Positions 1 through 13,610 of a DNA stretch of 60,785 nt are shown one piece after another. The notes below the pieces were generated by a model. It worked only from the letters and a program-made list of their open reading frames with translations, did no database searches and had not been told where the DNA came from. The stretch is from Priapulus caudatus (Eukaryota), in NCBI RefSeq assembly GCF_000485595.1, contig NW_014577076.1:1273868-1334652 (forward strand). Reading direction: 5' to 3'. Position 1 is the first letter of the stretch. Every line of letters begins with the position of its first letter. Made by a program: the position numbers and the translations under genes.

Positions 1-583
1 CACTTCATCTGTAAATGTCAAGGCACGCTTCGCTTCTGCCAACCATGACACATAACAAATACACGCTGAACCTGTATCTATGACGTCACGTGAAAACGAC
101 TCCTATAACACTTTTAGGAGCTATGAAGTCATACTTCTGAGTGTTTAAATAACACCAGAATCGATTGGGCATCCAAAAAAATAACCGCGAAGCATACCTA
201 ACAATTCCATATTTCAGAAAAACACACCGAAATTTTGCGTAACGCGACTGAGCTTAATTGAGCTTAATTAGTCAAATTAAAGCATTAACCATTTAATTTA
301 TGAAATAAACTGACCTGTTGGAATCGACTCCGCGGCCCCAAAATACCCTGGGGATAACATGTATCATGACTATAAAGTTTCAGGTAGATTTACACAATTT
401 TCCCATAATCTGCTGAAAATCGAAAGAAAGGGCTGTGGCCCTGTAAGAAGACAGTTCCGACCAACCAAAAATTTTGTAACTTTTTTTTGCGTTTATATGG
501 ACGCAATACAACACATTAGTGAAGAATCCAGCTTGTTCACCGATTTTCCCGTGTAGGAGCTTTTTGCACTTATGACTGGACTA
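1..583. mobile_element. Right end of an Academ-like DNA transposon (left boundary not determined)
   Basis: Ends ...TGACTGGACTA. Its reverse complement (TAGTCCAG...CCTAC..GG...AACAAGCTGG) parallels the terminus of the 26063-30526 element. Confidence 0.5.
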
Positions 584-1758
584 TACCATTCACGCCTCCT
601 GACTTTGAAATCATACAGCCATGCTGCCCCCAGATTTCAATCTTCCTTGGCCACTTTGTCTCTTCAAAGAAGTTCTGGGTGATTCGTTGTCATAAGATTC
701 CGGGTTCGGCCTTCACGTAGCCGACAGACTCTTGCCGCCTCTGAGATGTCGTGAACTTTCAGTCCATCACTCTTTCCTGGTTTTCTTCTCAGCTCTTCTT
801 CTACGAGGAGCCGTGGCCTTGCGCCCCCAATCCAGCCCCTCACACCTTGTGCAAAGCTGACTCAGGGCTAGGGCTCTCCCTCTTCTGGATTTCTGCCCTC
901 CTCCTCTCCTTCTCAAACCTGGATCATTCTCTCCCCTCTTTGTACCTCCCCACCTCAGACTCCTGCTCTAGACACCTGAAGTAAACTGATAGTCTTCCTC
1001 TTCCCTTTGCTTTTGCCACTTTTGTCTCTAGCCATATGTTTGTTAGAAATTCTGAAGAAATATTTTGGCATAAACTGATGAGGTCTTTGATTGACTGTCG
1101 TGGAAGCGTAGATGCCAAATGGCGACAGTACGCTGTACCGCATGCGGTTTCCGACGAAATAATCCCAGGCGCATCGCGTTACGTAGTGGCTATGCGTACC
1201 ATATACGTTATCCTTAGCGTTAGCGCGACATGTCGCGCAAGTCGTATTCACAGCTTATCACAGTGTAACGCGCGCTAACCTAGCGCAACGTACCATTAAT
1301 GTCTTCTTTTTTTATACCGAATTAACACTACACGCACATTAACACCACATTTAGCGTAAGCACAGCGTACTGTAACCTAGCGCAACGTACCTTAACGTAA
1401 CACTCTACACACTCCTACCCAGTCATTTCCAGATTTATTACCTACCTCAGTGTACTCGTAGTGTACTACACGTTACCCTGAACCGTAACCTTATGCACTC
1501 CAACATTCCTGATACGGCTGAGCGTTAGGTTAATTAACGCAAGTGAGACCGAGGCATCACGCGCACCCATGCACTGACGCGCGCACGCATGCATTCACAT
1601 GCAGGTTTTGTAAGGCACGTATACTAGTGCGAGAATACGAGTCCGGACGCTGCTAATACGCACACAAGTAACAACATCTAGCTCGCATGTACCATTACAT
1701 GTTGTACTGCTGTGCCATCTATTTATGTACTTATTTGACGTTATTCAGCTTGACAAAT

Positions 1759-2066
1759 AGCGCTGTTCACACGTACCGTAAAACCCAGTTTCGAACGCTC
1801 AATAGCGTTTCGTACGCGTCTCGCATTGCTGTGACTGCGTGTTCTCGTAGCGATACGCGTCTATGCGTAACCTTTGAGTTAAACAGGTTCAACTACGTAG
1901 TTTTGGCATTTTGTACCGGTTTTACGTCGGTTATAGCTGGCCATAGAGCCTCGAAAGTGAAACGATCAGATTTTACGCCAAATGCTGTGTATAGGTTCGT
2001 GGCTTCTTTTGCTAACTCTCTTTTCTTTCTGTTGTCCCACTCTTGTGTGTTGCGCGCGCCCGCCTC

Positions 2067-2109
<43 letters not shown>

Positions 2110-2241
2110 TCCTCTCTCCTCTCTCTCTCTTCTCTCTCTCTCTCTTCTCTCTCTCGCCCCTATCTCTATGGCTCGCGCCCTCTCTCTCCCTCTACGTGTC
2201 TCCCCCTCTCTCACTCCCCTCTCTCTATCTCTATGCGTCTC

Positions 2242-2285
<44 letters not shown>

Positions 2286-2573
2286 CAGTTCTCATCTCCT
2301 CTCTCCGTCCACAAAGCGTGATGCGTATACGCGTATACTATAGCCGGTCGTTCACACGTCCGCTATACGCGTACAGCTATTACGAATACGTAGGAAACGC
2401 ACTCATTTGGTCAGGAGTAGTGATACGCGTTTCGAACTGAGTATAGCATACGTGGTCGTTCAGACGATGGGAAATTTATCGCGAGTACGTACGAAACTCT
2501 ATTTCGTACGCGTACGAACCGTCGATTTTGCTACTAGTGACGCGCGAACGTCTAGTGTACGTGTGAACGCGCT
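1759..2573. mobile_element. Degenerate Harbinger-like MITE enclosing a (TC)n tract
   Basis: Inverted termini AGCGC(T)GTTCACACGTAC / GTACGTGTGAACGCGCT, with a third partial copy at about 2342. No TSD resolved. Confidence 0.35.
2069..2281. repeat. Interrupted (TC)n microsatellite
   Basis: Seen directly. Confidence 0.95.
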
Positions 2574-2732
2574 GTGTAAGTTTACTCACAGAAAGACTTA
2601 TTACCCAATTGCTTCGCTTCTTTCTTCCTCTTCCCGTATGAATAACCAATACACTATATATAATATATATTTGTAATATATATATATATTTGTATATATA
2701 TATTTGTATATATACTATATATTATATATTAT

Positions 2733-2776
2733 CAGGAGTTAATGAGACAAAAAAGGAGTTGTCTCATTAACTCCTG
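2733..2776. mobile_element. 44-bp TIR-only remnant, P-like (18-bp arms)
   Basis: CAGGAGTTAATGAGACAA-aaaaggag-TTGTCTCATTAACTCCTG, flanked on both sides by ATATTAT. Confidence 0.85.
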
Positions 2777-2845
2777 ATATTATATACACGCACACACGTC
2801 CCAACACGGCGCTCGCGCGCGCACAGGGGTGGAGACGACTTCCCG

Positions 2846-2856
2846 CCACGCACGCA

Positions 2857-2917
<61 letters not shown>
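2846..2917. repeat. (CACG)n(CA)n microsatellite
   Basis: Seen directly. Confidence 0.95.
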
Positions 2918-2921
<4 letters not shown>

Positions 2922-3827
2922 CATACATACATGCAAACAATTGCCAACTACTGCAGAGAAGTGTCATTGGCAAGGCTGCCCATCTACGTTTACAATACCA
3001 GACACCAGACTTTAGTAGTGCTACAGCTACACGCAGCAAACACGTGAAGGCTTGCTGTCATTTAGCGTGACATGCGACGCCACAACGTGTGCACATTATA
3101 TTGTGGCGTGGCGATACTCTTGCCTATACTGTATCCATAGTGTGGCTATAGTGTTGCTAGACAGTGACAATGTCATTTTTATATAGTGTGATTATACTAT
3201 GCCTATACTGTGCCTATACTGTAGCATACTGCTGTCATCACGTGGTCATGCTATAGTTACTGCTGCTATACTGTGGCTATACGGTGGCCACACTGTGGCT
3301 CTATATATACTGTAATGTGCGCTGGCTATAAAGAGTTACTAAACTATGGGTCTATAGTGTGGCTATATAACGTAGCGATACTGTGCATACAAATTGTATA
3401 CTGTCGTTAATGCTGTGGCCAAACAGCGAGACTATATGGTATAACGTGACCATGCCACCAGCTTCACCCCCACGTGTACACTACGTTGCGAGTGACGCCC
3501 CTATTGTCTCTGTTCTCCGCCGTCACAATGCCATCTACAATCACGATGTCATCTGAACCACATCACAGGACGTCTACCCAGCTACTAGTAGTCACAATAG
3601 CTGCAGTGATCCATCTTCGTCATAGTAGCTGCGGGACACAGTCGCGTACACAACAACACACTGTCGTCATCTGACACCTATACCTGATCAATGAACGTTT
3701 GTGTAGCGAACCGCCAGCCGATCATTACGTGTGATCAAACAATGCTCATGCGTCTCGAATATAGCCATAGTGCAGCTATTTGCCTGCACATGGGATGAAA
3801 ACGATACTACTGTTGCATCGCTCATGT

Positions 3828-4190
<363 letters not shown>

Positions 4191-4260
4191 TGGAAGGAGT
4201 GAGAGAGGGAGAGCAACGATAGACGGGCAAGGTGTACAGAACGTCAAACATACGACTTAC

Positions 4261-4424
4261 GGTAAGCTGAGCCCAAGCTCTGCGGCAGCACCGAGGCCGG
4301 AGCCGACGGCCGTAATTCCGGACCCGACAGCGGTCAAGCCCGAGCCGACGATCGTCATGCCTGCCCCGACGGCGGTCATGCCCGTCAGGCTGAGCCGGTT
4401 ACGCACTGACTTCTTAGCAGCCAT
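4261..4424 (-). CDS. Putative first coding exon or 55-aa small ORF with G-[MLI]-T-[AI]-V-G-[AS] heptad repeats, gene unidentified
   Basis: MAAKKSVRNRLSLTGMTAVGAGMTIVGSGLTAVGSGITAVGSGLGAAAELGLSL-P. Good start context gagATGG, consensus donor CC|GTAAGT, GC-rich codons. The 21-bp repeat units differ mainly at third codon positions or conservatively. Confidence 0.65.
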
Positions 4425-4609
4425 CTCTCACACTGCCTTCTGCTGGCCCCAAGCGCAGGCTTCGTGGTGCGAGCGAGCGAGCGAGAGAGGGCGCGACGGG
4501 GAGAGATTCTTGAAAACAGATCAATATGAGTCACTGGCAGAGACACCTTGCAGGCAATAGAAGCCCACTGGTTGATTGCGCGCGGGCAGGCGTGCGTGCG
4601 TGCGCGCTA

Positions 4610-4862
4610 CGGCTACGGCTGTGGCTGCTGCTGCTGCCGCCGCCGCCGCTGATGCTGCTTGTGTTATTGTTATTGTTGCCGCTGCTGTTGTTGTAATGCT
4701 GCTGCTGCTTCTGTGACTGCTCCTGCTGCTAATGCTCTCGGTGCCACTGCTACTAGTGCTGTTCATGTTGTTGCTGCTGCTGTTATTAAATGTTAATGCT
4801 CACACTGCTGCTGCTGCTGCTAGTGCTACAACTGCTGTTGCTAGTACTGTCACTGCTGCTGT
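4610..4862. repeat. (CTG/TTG/CCG)n low-complexity tract upstream of the 4424 ATG
   Basis: Mixed trinucleotide runs. Confidence 0.85.
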
Positions 4863-6009
4863 CACTTCAGGTATGTCAGCTACTCGCTATCCATAACCGA
4901 ACGAGCCATGTGTGCGCGTGTTCGAGTGTTCAGGGCACTCGGAGAGAGAAGGCCCACATTTTCGAGATTTTGACAGAGGTGATCAGAATTTCTACAGGAG
5001 GGGCGTTCCACCTTGAAAATTCACATATTCCACACCTTAGGCGATGCAAACATGCTCCAACGCCATAAATGTCAATGCACCACAGTGTGAACTCGCCTGC
5101 TTTACTAATATGTAAATTTACCTGGTAAACCATCAGTGGAATTGTTCACAAGAACCTTAAAACCAACAGTAAAGCTTCCTGAAGCTCTTCATTTTTTTTC
5201 TGTAACATAACACATTTGAGAATGCAGATATTACCGCACGGCTGGTTTTCAAACTCACCAACATTTTTGGTATCTTTGCATTAGTTTTTAACATTTAACT
5301 GTAAATTGTGGGAATTCACATTTTGTGTAGCTTATGAACTTCACAACATCATTCTCACCGATTGAAACAAGTAATTCCTTCCTCAGATAAGAAGACCAAT
5401 TCCTAAATAAAGATCCTTCGATGGTTCGATAAACTATACGGGAATTTTTAATCGAGAATATTTAGAAAAAAGGTATTGTATCAAAGGCGGAGGTTCTCTC
5501 ATTGCCTCCTACAACATGGTATGTCGCACAACCTGCTGGTCAGACGAGTTCCTGCTTGTTTTCACACCGAAAAAAGCCGATGAACAATACCAACATCAGT
5601 TTGATGTTACAGGACATGCTCTAATCAGTAATGAAAGTGTCAATGACACTATAGCTCACATTGGGTGTGATAGAAGAGGGAGATCATATTTAAAATTTGG
5701 TAAGTGTTTCATTTATGATGGACCGAAATGTGATCAAATGTCCTTATTCCCTGTTGTAACTTGTATACTAATAGAAATTTCAGTGTTGTTTCAGGGTTAG
5801 TTTTGATGTGAAAATAAATGTTTCAGATCTGAAAGTCTGAAATCTGGGCAAGAGATGGTGCTACACCTATATAATCACCATTTTGGTTTTCGATTAGTGC
5901 GCAAATAAAAGCAATGAAAAATTCCAGTCAAATGAATGTAACGAAGAATCTAAAACACAATATTACACGTAGGTATGATTAGGTAGGTAGGTAGGTAGGT
6001 AGATAAATT

Positions 6010-6590
6010 TAACAAAATCGAATGAATCTACATGGGCATTTTCATTTTTGCCAAAAAGTGGGCGTGGCTCAAAAGTAGGTCGACTGGCGTGCTCCAAAAT
6101 AGGACGTTCAAATCTCTCCCATAGGAGTAACAACTGTATGCAATTTGAAACATGTTAGTCAAACGGTTCTTAAGTTATCGTTGACCGTAGGAAGACACTG
6201 AAATGCATAGTGAAATTGCCTAAATATACCTAATTTGCATAATTTAAAATCAAAATCAAAACCCCTGTGATATGTTTTGGGGCCAGTCCTTATTCATTCA
6301 CATATCAAAAATGAGCAAAATCCGTTGAACCTGAACTGACTTATGGCCGTTTCCATTTTTGCCAAAAAGTGGGCGTGGCTCGAAAATAGGTCAACTGGCG
6401 TGCTCCAAAATAGGACGTTCAGATCTCTCCCATAGGAGAAGCAACTGTATGCAATTTGAAACATGTGGGTCAAACGGTTCTCAAGTTATCGTTGACTGTA
6501 GCCAAATGTTGACGGACGGACGGACGGACGTACGACGGACAACGACCCATGGCAATAGCTCATCTTGACGATGTCAAGGTGAGCTAAAAA
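6010..6590. mobile_element. Helentron-associated (HINE/DINE-1/pearl-type) non-autonomous element
   Basis: Internal direct repeat (about 6040-6186 and 6351-6496), (GACG)n at 6511-6539, terminal stem-loop AGCTCATCTTGAC-gat-GTCAAGGTGAGCT (6557-6585) followed by A5. Left boundary approximate. Confidence 0.75.
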
Positions 6591-8766
6591 TGAGATCAAA
6601 TTATGTCTAGGGTGAATGTGCCTAGCAGTTTTCTGAAGGGTGCAATCATGAGCATACACTCACTTAAACCTTTACCGAGCATTACTATGTACACATGACC
6701 ATTTCCTCAGTATTATTTACCCAAGAATCATAAATATGAAGTTACATAATGCACACAAATGCCATAGAATGTGCATGGGTTAGAACTACATGTTGGTACA
6801 ATTGCTGACTGTATGATGAAGATTTGGAGACTGCAATTAAAAATTAATGCAATCAACAGCGACTAAAGCGTTCGATACGTGAATTCATTTATGGTATAGT
6901 GCTTGTGTTTTATATGCACTAGTTATATTCTTATTCAGATCTTACATTGATCAAATGAATATCAGGTCACATAAAACCATTTTGGAAATGTTTAGAGTAG
7001 CTGTATATTTTGCTATGTCTATGTAAATTAAATGTGGGTTAAATTAAACAAAATCTCCAATTGGCATGTCTGTTTGAATATACATACAGTTCGGCTATTT
7101 CAACAGCGACAACATATTAAACTGGTTTACAAATGTAGATATAAGAAAATCTGCAAATAATAGTTATAAAAATGACAACAGTAGACATTTACACAGACGG
7201 GTGACATGGCCAGTCAAAACTGTGTGCATGAACTCACCAGAATGTCAACCTTGTAAGTGCTCGACTCTTATGAATGCACATATGCATTATGCATATATGT
7301 GCATTATGAATGACATGCACAGAGTCAAACAATATTGCGATTTTAAAATATATACATGCATTGAGAACGATATTGACAATGACATTGATATTAATATATG
7401 TGAGCGTACGTACATGCACAGCAGACCTTCAGAGGTTCAAGTGTCCTTAGCAAACAACGAATGGGTTGAACATATTTACCCAGTGTGAGGTAACAGATAT
7501 TTACCTCCGCCACAGTAATGGAGTCACTAAATATCTACAGCAAATTCGTTATGAACGGATGCCCGTTTGTATGACACTGTATATGTGTACTTTATGGCTG
7601 AGAATATGTATTAGCATAGGCGAGATAAAATTCAAAGAAATATCATCGAACACTGTTTGTTTATTATTACTGGAACTTTAAAATTTGAGCATTTACAAGC
7701 AAAACACTAACTACTGCAGACTGTACAGTACTGCCCGTTGGCTGCATGTGCACATGCAGTACTGACACAGTAGGTTTTAAAACGACTATCTCACAAATAA
7801 ATTGAAAAACTGCATAAGTCACTAAGTGTATACAAATTGGGTCTCACCTATTAGCAGACTTTTTACTGATTACTCCGGCACAACAATCACCACAAATTTG
7901 CGCTGTTATAGACTATAAACAGCAATTAAACAGCAAACGTGCGCCCGCCATCTTCAGATTCACGATAATGGAATGTTCAAATAGTCCGACAAAACGAGCG
8001 CACGTAGTTACGTGACACAAATATTTATAGACTGGTACCTATCTTGAAATATATACAAAGGTAATTCACCTAGTGAAGAGATGGGGTTTGGGTTTCGCAA
8101 GAGCAAAAATCTGTGCTCGGTTTGTTGACTATTATGTCAAAAATCTAATTTAAATGCAGATCGGAGTACATATTAATGGGAAAAATGTTGTGCGAGTGTT
8201 CCGACATGTTAGCCTCACTATATAGATATGGTGTTATGCAAGGAGTCCCGGTAACGGTAAGTATCAGAACGGCTGAGCAAATATGAAGATGGTTGGGAAA
8301 ACATGAGAAATCCTCACTATAACAAATAATTGTCTCGGCCTACCTGTATCTTTGCTTATCTTCTATATATGTCTCAGTTGCAGATCAAATGAAGCTGCTG
8401 AAACAAAACAGCAGCACATGTTACTGAATAACAATGAGGAAGTATGGCAGGTGAGCCGAAGATACTTCTCGTCTTTTTTTAAATATCTATCAATAACGTG
8501 GTCTAAAAGTATGACAACAGTTTCCATGAGACAAGTGCCAACCTGTTAATTCACATATTATTGTTTCTTTGCTGACTTCCTTAGAGCAACAGTAACCAAT
8601 AGGTGTTGATAATTAGCAAAAGCCAAATAACATCTTTAGGAATTAATTCATCCACCTAGTGAGCCAATATTACACGATGGCTCATTGAGATTACTATGAC
8701 TGGGGAACACTACCTGTAACTTCTAGAGATTTACTATATAAAGAAACAAATAAAGTAGTATATATG

Positions 8767-9122
8767 CAGGTGTAGAAATTGACTTTTGAACAAGGGAGTC
8801 CAACGGACTCCTTACCCTCAAAAATAGGGAGTCCGCAGCAAAATGAGGGAGTCCGCAGTCTGAGGTTCAAAATTAAAGATATTAACAATAACGCATGTGA
8901 TTATTTTTAAGATTCATGCAGTTGCATGTCTGCCAAATTTTCTTTGAACATTAGCTGAAAAAATACAGTAACTCCGCGAGGCCGTGCTCCGGAACTGAAC
9001 TAGTTAGTATGGCAGAATTTTCAGGGAGTCACACGGACTCCTGCATATATATGTCAAATCAGGGAGTCCGAGAGTAAATGAGGGAGTATTTGACTCCGGA
9101 CTCCCGTTAATTTCGCACCTTG
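8767..9122. mobile_element. hAT-like MITE
   Basis: Imperfect TIR CAGGTGTAGAAATTGAC / GTTAATTTCGCACCTTG, repeated subterminal GGGAGTCC/GGACTCC motifs, TATATG on both flanks. Confidence 0.6.
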
Positions 9123-9929
9123 TATATGTAATATGAAATGCCAAGCTTTTAACTGCCATGCTTAAAATAGTTGTTAAATGCCCAATTTCAAGATTATTGT
9201 TAGATTACATATAGATGACATATACTAGAAAACTGCGTGCAGATCCACTTTGAATGTGCCACCTCACATGACCTTGTGGCCAAGTTCAAAAACAGCTACT
9301 ATTTGCCACCTTGTACAGATATTTCTTCAAATGTCATTAATGGTTATAAATAGTTATTTTCGGGTACAATTCAAGTCTAACACTGCCTAGACTGTTGTTG
9401 ATCCCGTAAAAAACTGATATAGTAAAATTAAATGCACTTATCTGACTACATATTTAATTGCCCCATTGAGACTGAACATGATAAGCTACCATCTGTGTAG
9501 CCACAAGTTACCTTCTCACTTCTCACTATGTGGCAAGAAGGTCACAAGTGGACGAAGCAACCAAACCTTTTAGCTAGCAAGGCACTGCAACAAAACATAT
9601 CAATATCCAACTTATAATGGCTCTGACCACTTCTCTATACAGTGCACTGTTGTCAACTATTAACCATGTATTTAGGTGTTACCAAGCATTTTTGAGATTT
9701 GATAAGGGAGATATTCATACAAGGCAATTATTTGTTTGAATTCTGCGCGATTTTCACACACTCTCAGCAGCCGCGCGCAGTTGTTGCACATGTGCAGTAC
9801 TGCAAGTTTAGAGTTTGGCAACTTTAAAAAATAGTTACTTTCTAATTGTCTGATTATAAAATAAATGCCAAAGTAAATACCTGTTAAGAAGTGTGTTGTG
9901 CGTGAGAATATACTTGCAACATGTAAGAA

Positions 9930-10060
9930 GTCGGGTAGTATGTGGTAATACGATTGTTTTACTTATGAAATTCGGATTTGTTTTTAAGCTATAAGGTTTT
10001 TTGCATTGAAGGGTGTCAGGCGCCATCGACATGCAACAGTCGTAGAGCCTGGTCGCGCTA
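9930..10060 (+). repeat. Interspersed repeat fragment, homologous to about 22070-22198
   Basis: Shared GTGGTAATAC.ATTGTTTTA...GAAATTCGGA...GAAGGGTGTCAGGC...AACAGTCG.AGAG.CTGGTCG. Confidence 0.7.
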
Positions 10061-12815
10061 CCGTCGGTGGCTGGTTAGTGTGAAGTTACAGCTCTGCACA
10101 TGTACCTACTACCAAATCCCATTTCAAACACTAACAGCTTCAAAAGATCGTTGCTGAATTTACTGCAGAACAACGCTGCAAGTCTTGGGGGCCATGTAGT
10201 TATATATATAGTTCTGTGTATTCGTGAACCTAATCTTAACCTATATCCAAGCCACAAACCTATCCATACACAGAAATAAAGTAATAACATCATATTAAAT
10301 AAAACAACACTGTAGCAATGGCAGTGATTTTCATGATGGCGGAGGATGGGCTCAAATTGATCATTAATGTCGCAGATTGGCCACATGCTGGAATAGATGC
10401 TACATTTTGTAACTTATAAGCCTGGTATTAGCAGGAGTTTGTGCTAGCACTGTGCATATTCTACACAGGGACTGTTCAGTTTTAAAATAGAAGTATAACT
10501 AGACATGAAAGGAGACGTGTAGAAATGGTTAAGTTATGCCGCATTTCTTCCATAGGCTCAACCTAGCCCTTCCCATAAATCGCTTAATTCTGCCATAGGA
10601 CTGTAAAGTGTGGTTTGCAGATGTTACAAATAGTAGTTGGGTGATTGGAAATGTCGTAGCGACGGTGGTTGCATAATGGGTTAGTCGGCGGCCGCACGTT
10701 TGATGTAGTATGGATGATGGAGATGAGAAACAGTTGAGAGTCAGTTGTTGTGCATGTGGGCAGCGGGTGTGGTTGTCCGCACGCGCGCGACTGATTTCTT
10801 TGTTAGCTAGAAATGTATAAATGGAAGGTTCTTGGTGGAGAGGAGAAACGAGAGTGTGCGGAGTCACGCGGATGCGTGCTTCTGTGCGCACGCATGTGGG
10901 TTGAGAAACAATAATACTATTTGCTGAACACAACTGTTTGGACTTCCTTATTCATCGCTACAACAAATCTACATTGAAACATTAACTAACTATGTCACAA
11001 GCTCGTTACAGGACTATGCTTGATTGTATGAGCACACTCAGGGAGGAAATGGCAAAATGCAGTGCCCACTCTCTAGCACCGCTGCTATTTCAATAAAAAA
11101 TATGTCAGTGAATGTTGCTCGTGCAATTATTTGTATTTTATAGCCAAATTTACCGGAATTATGGCGAGTTACATTTAAATTTAGAGTTGCAGGCCAAAGC
11201 CTATGTTTATTTTCACCTCTTCAGTATGGCAAGATATTACTGGTAATACTGCATGATTCGTCACCAGGTTCCTTTACAAATAATAATCATATTAATAATA
11301 TTAATAATCACCAACTTCATCCTATGAAGTTATGAACACTATCTTAACTCCAAGCTCATCAATACATCATTATAATTCGGGGTACTACAGACCTACCAAT
11401 TCTCCCGCACTCCCGCATGCCCTACGCATTCACGCAAAAGAAAAAAACTGTATGCAACACTTAAGAATTAACGTTTTTATGCCTTAAAATTTAATTTTGT
11501 CTTCCTTTCTTCGAACGCTAACAGAATGACACCGTTGAGTAATTGTCAAGAGTGACAGAGCGACATAACCATATAGATGTAGAATGTATGTAGTGAAAAT
11601 ACAAACTCGTACCAAAGCCAAATATTCAGAAACTGGTCGTGTTTGAAAATATTCTGAACCTCCAGCATGACCCATTTTCCAGCAAAATCTCACAAAACCT
11701 CCAGCAAGCTGGTTGAACACGCTTAGCAGGTCTGGTACCAAATTATATTGAACCGCATCCCCGTGCCGTGGCTGTGGTAATGACTACTGTAATGGCGCCC
11801 CGTAGACCTAGATTCAGATTGAAAAAGAAATTTACACCAGCCAACAGGCAACACAAATTGAAATCACATTAAATAAACGCTTTATGACATTACTAATTAA
11901 GTAAACTTGTTTCCTATTTACCGTTGAGCGCAAATAATTTTTTTATATTATGAGATTGTAGCTGGGTATCACGATCATAATATATAAAGAGTTTCCGAAC
12001 CGTTACGATGTTCGAAACTTTGTTATGTTATGATCATCGCCATCTTTGTGTGACGTCACGGTTTAAAAGCGCCCCCTTCCGGAGCAAAATTAATTATCGG
12101 ATTCTATATTATATTATATTATTATTTCTATATGGATCGAGGAGTACTGGCTGTCAGCGTTGAAGACAGTTTGATTTTGACAAAACACAGCGTAAACATA
12201 AGCTCTCCACCATCTCCTCTATTTTTAATACACCTGTTACTGTAGCACATATGCATGAAATAATTTCATGTTTATATAATAACAATTTTGCCTTTTGCTT
12301 GAATTTACAAAATTTATGAAAAAATACAAAAATAGAGGTATACAACCAAATGTATTGCATAGCTTTATTTGTTTAACTTCGTAATCTCGTAAATATTAGT
12401 CTTCAAAGTCCAAGCGACTATATCGAAGACTGAATGAGACAAAGTTTATCAAATAGACGGATAAATATTGTGGATCACAGTAGAAAAAGTCTCAAGTTTG
12501 CAACTAACTAAAAAGGAAGGGAGAGAATACAGAATGACAGAGACAAAAAAGCTAAACTTAAAGGGATCCTTTGAAGATGGCACGTGTCGAAAGCAATGAT
12601 CACACTCAGATCATCGAGTGCAACTAACAGGCTTCATCAAGCAAGATGGAATGGCAATCTTCACCTGACCATGATAAATTTTATGAAAAGTTATAAGTTT
12701 AGCATGGAGAAAGCAGACACGAAGAGGAGCCAAAACAACATCAGAACAATCATGATAGTTTTTGGAAACCCATCCTGCAGCTTTATGTTGAATGACATCC
12801 AATTTAGAACAATGA

Positions 12816-13610
12816 GCCAAGTTCGTAGTTAGCCAAGGGGTTGTGTGACGTCACAGGTCACCAGGTCATTTGTGACAAAAATCGATTAAATCTCGAGTGC
12901 GGCGTGCACTCTCGGTTCAGTACGTATATGTACATGTATCCTGTGTACGTACACACGCACGCATGCGTACGTGCACACACACGCACGCACACACACGTGC
13001 ATGTGATCACGCACGCACGTGTACGTGAATACGTACGCACGTGTACGTGCACATGCACGCACGCACGCACGTACGTGTACATGCACATGCACGCACGCAC
13101 GCACGTGTACGTGCACGCGCACGCACGCAGCTGTACGTGCACACGCATGCACGCACGCACGCATGCACGTGTACATGCACATGCACGCACGCACGCACGT
13201 GTACGTGCACACGCACGCACGCACGCAGCTGTACATGCACACGCATGCACGCACACGTGCATACGCACGCACACACGCACTTGTACGTACACACGCACGC
13301 ACACACGTGTACGTGCACACCCACGCACGCACGCACGTGTACGTGCACATGCACGCACGCACGTGTACGTGCACACGCACGCACGCACGCACGTGTACGT
13401 GCACACACACGCACGTGTACACGCAAGCACGCGTGTGCGTACGCACGCACGTGTACGTGCACACACGAAGACTGTAGCATTACAACGACACAGATGCATG
13501 CGTATGTGTACTGTGCGGTCAAAATACGAAATATTTTGTCACAAAATGACCTGACCCGGAAGAATTTGTGGCAAAGTTCGCGCATGCGCAGACTCTAACT
13601 ACGAACTGGC
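12816..13610. mobile_element. Harbinger-like MITE with a core of about 520 bp of alternating purine-pyrimidine repeats
   Basis: TIR GCCAAGTTCGTAGTTAG / CTAACTACGAACTGGC, flanks TGA/TTA. Inner inverted repeat CAGGTCATTTGTGACAAAA / TTTTGTCACAAAATGACCTG. Core 12945-13467 of CACG/TGCA/GTAC units. Confidence 0.7.

Noticed and set aside
590..1118. Purine-rich, coding-looking minus-strand segment including the 64-aa ORF at 924-1118
   Set aside because: Stops in all frames and no recognisable family; it cannot be linked in frame to the 4261 exon.
1687..2440. ORFs of 218 and 152 aa
   Set aside because: They run through the (TC)n microsatellite and TE-like sequence.
12841..13598. Six overlapping ORFs of 150-237 aa
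   Set aside because: Stop-free only because of the RY repeat core; the products are low-complexity H/T/R/A/C/V strings.
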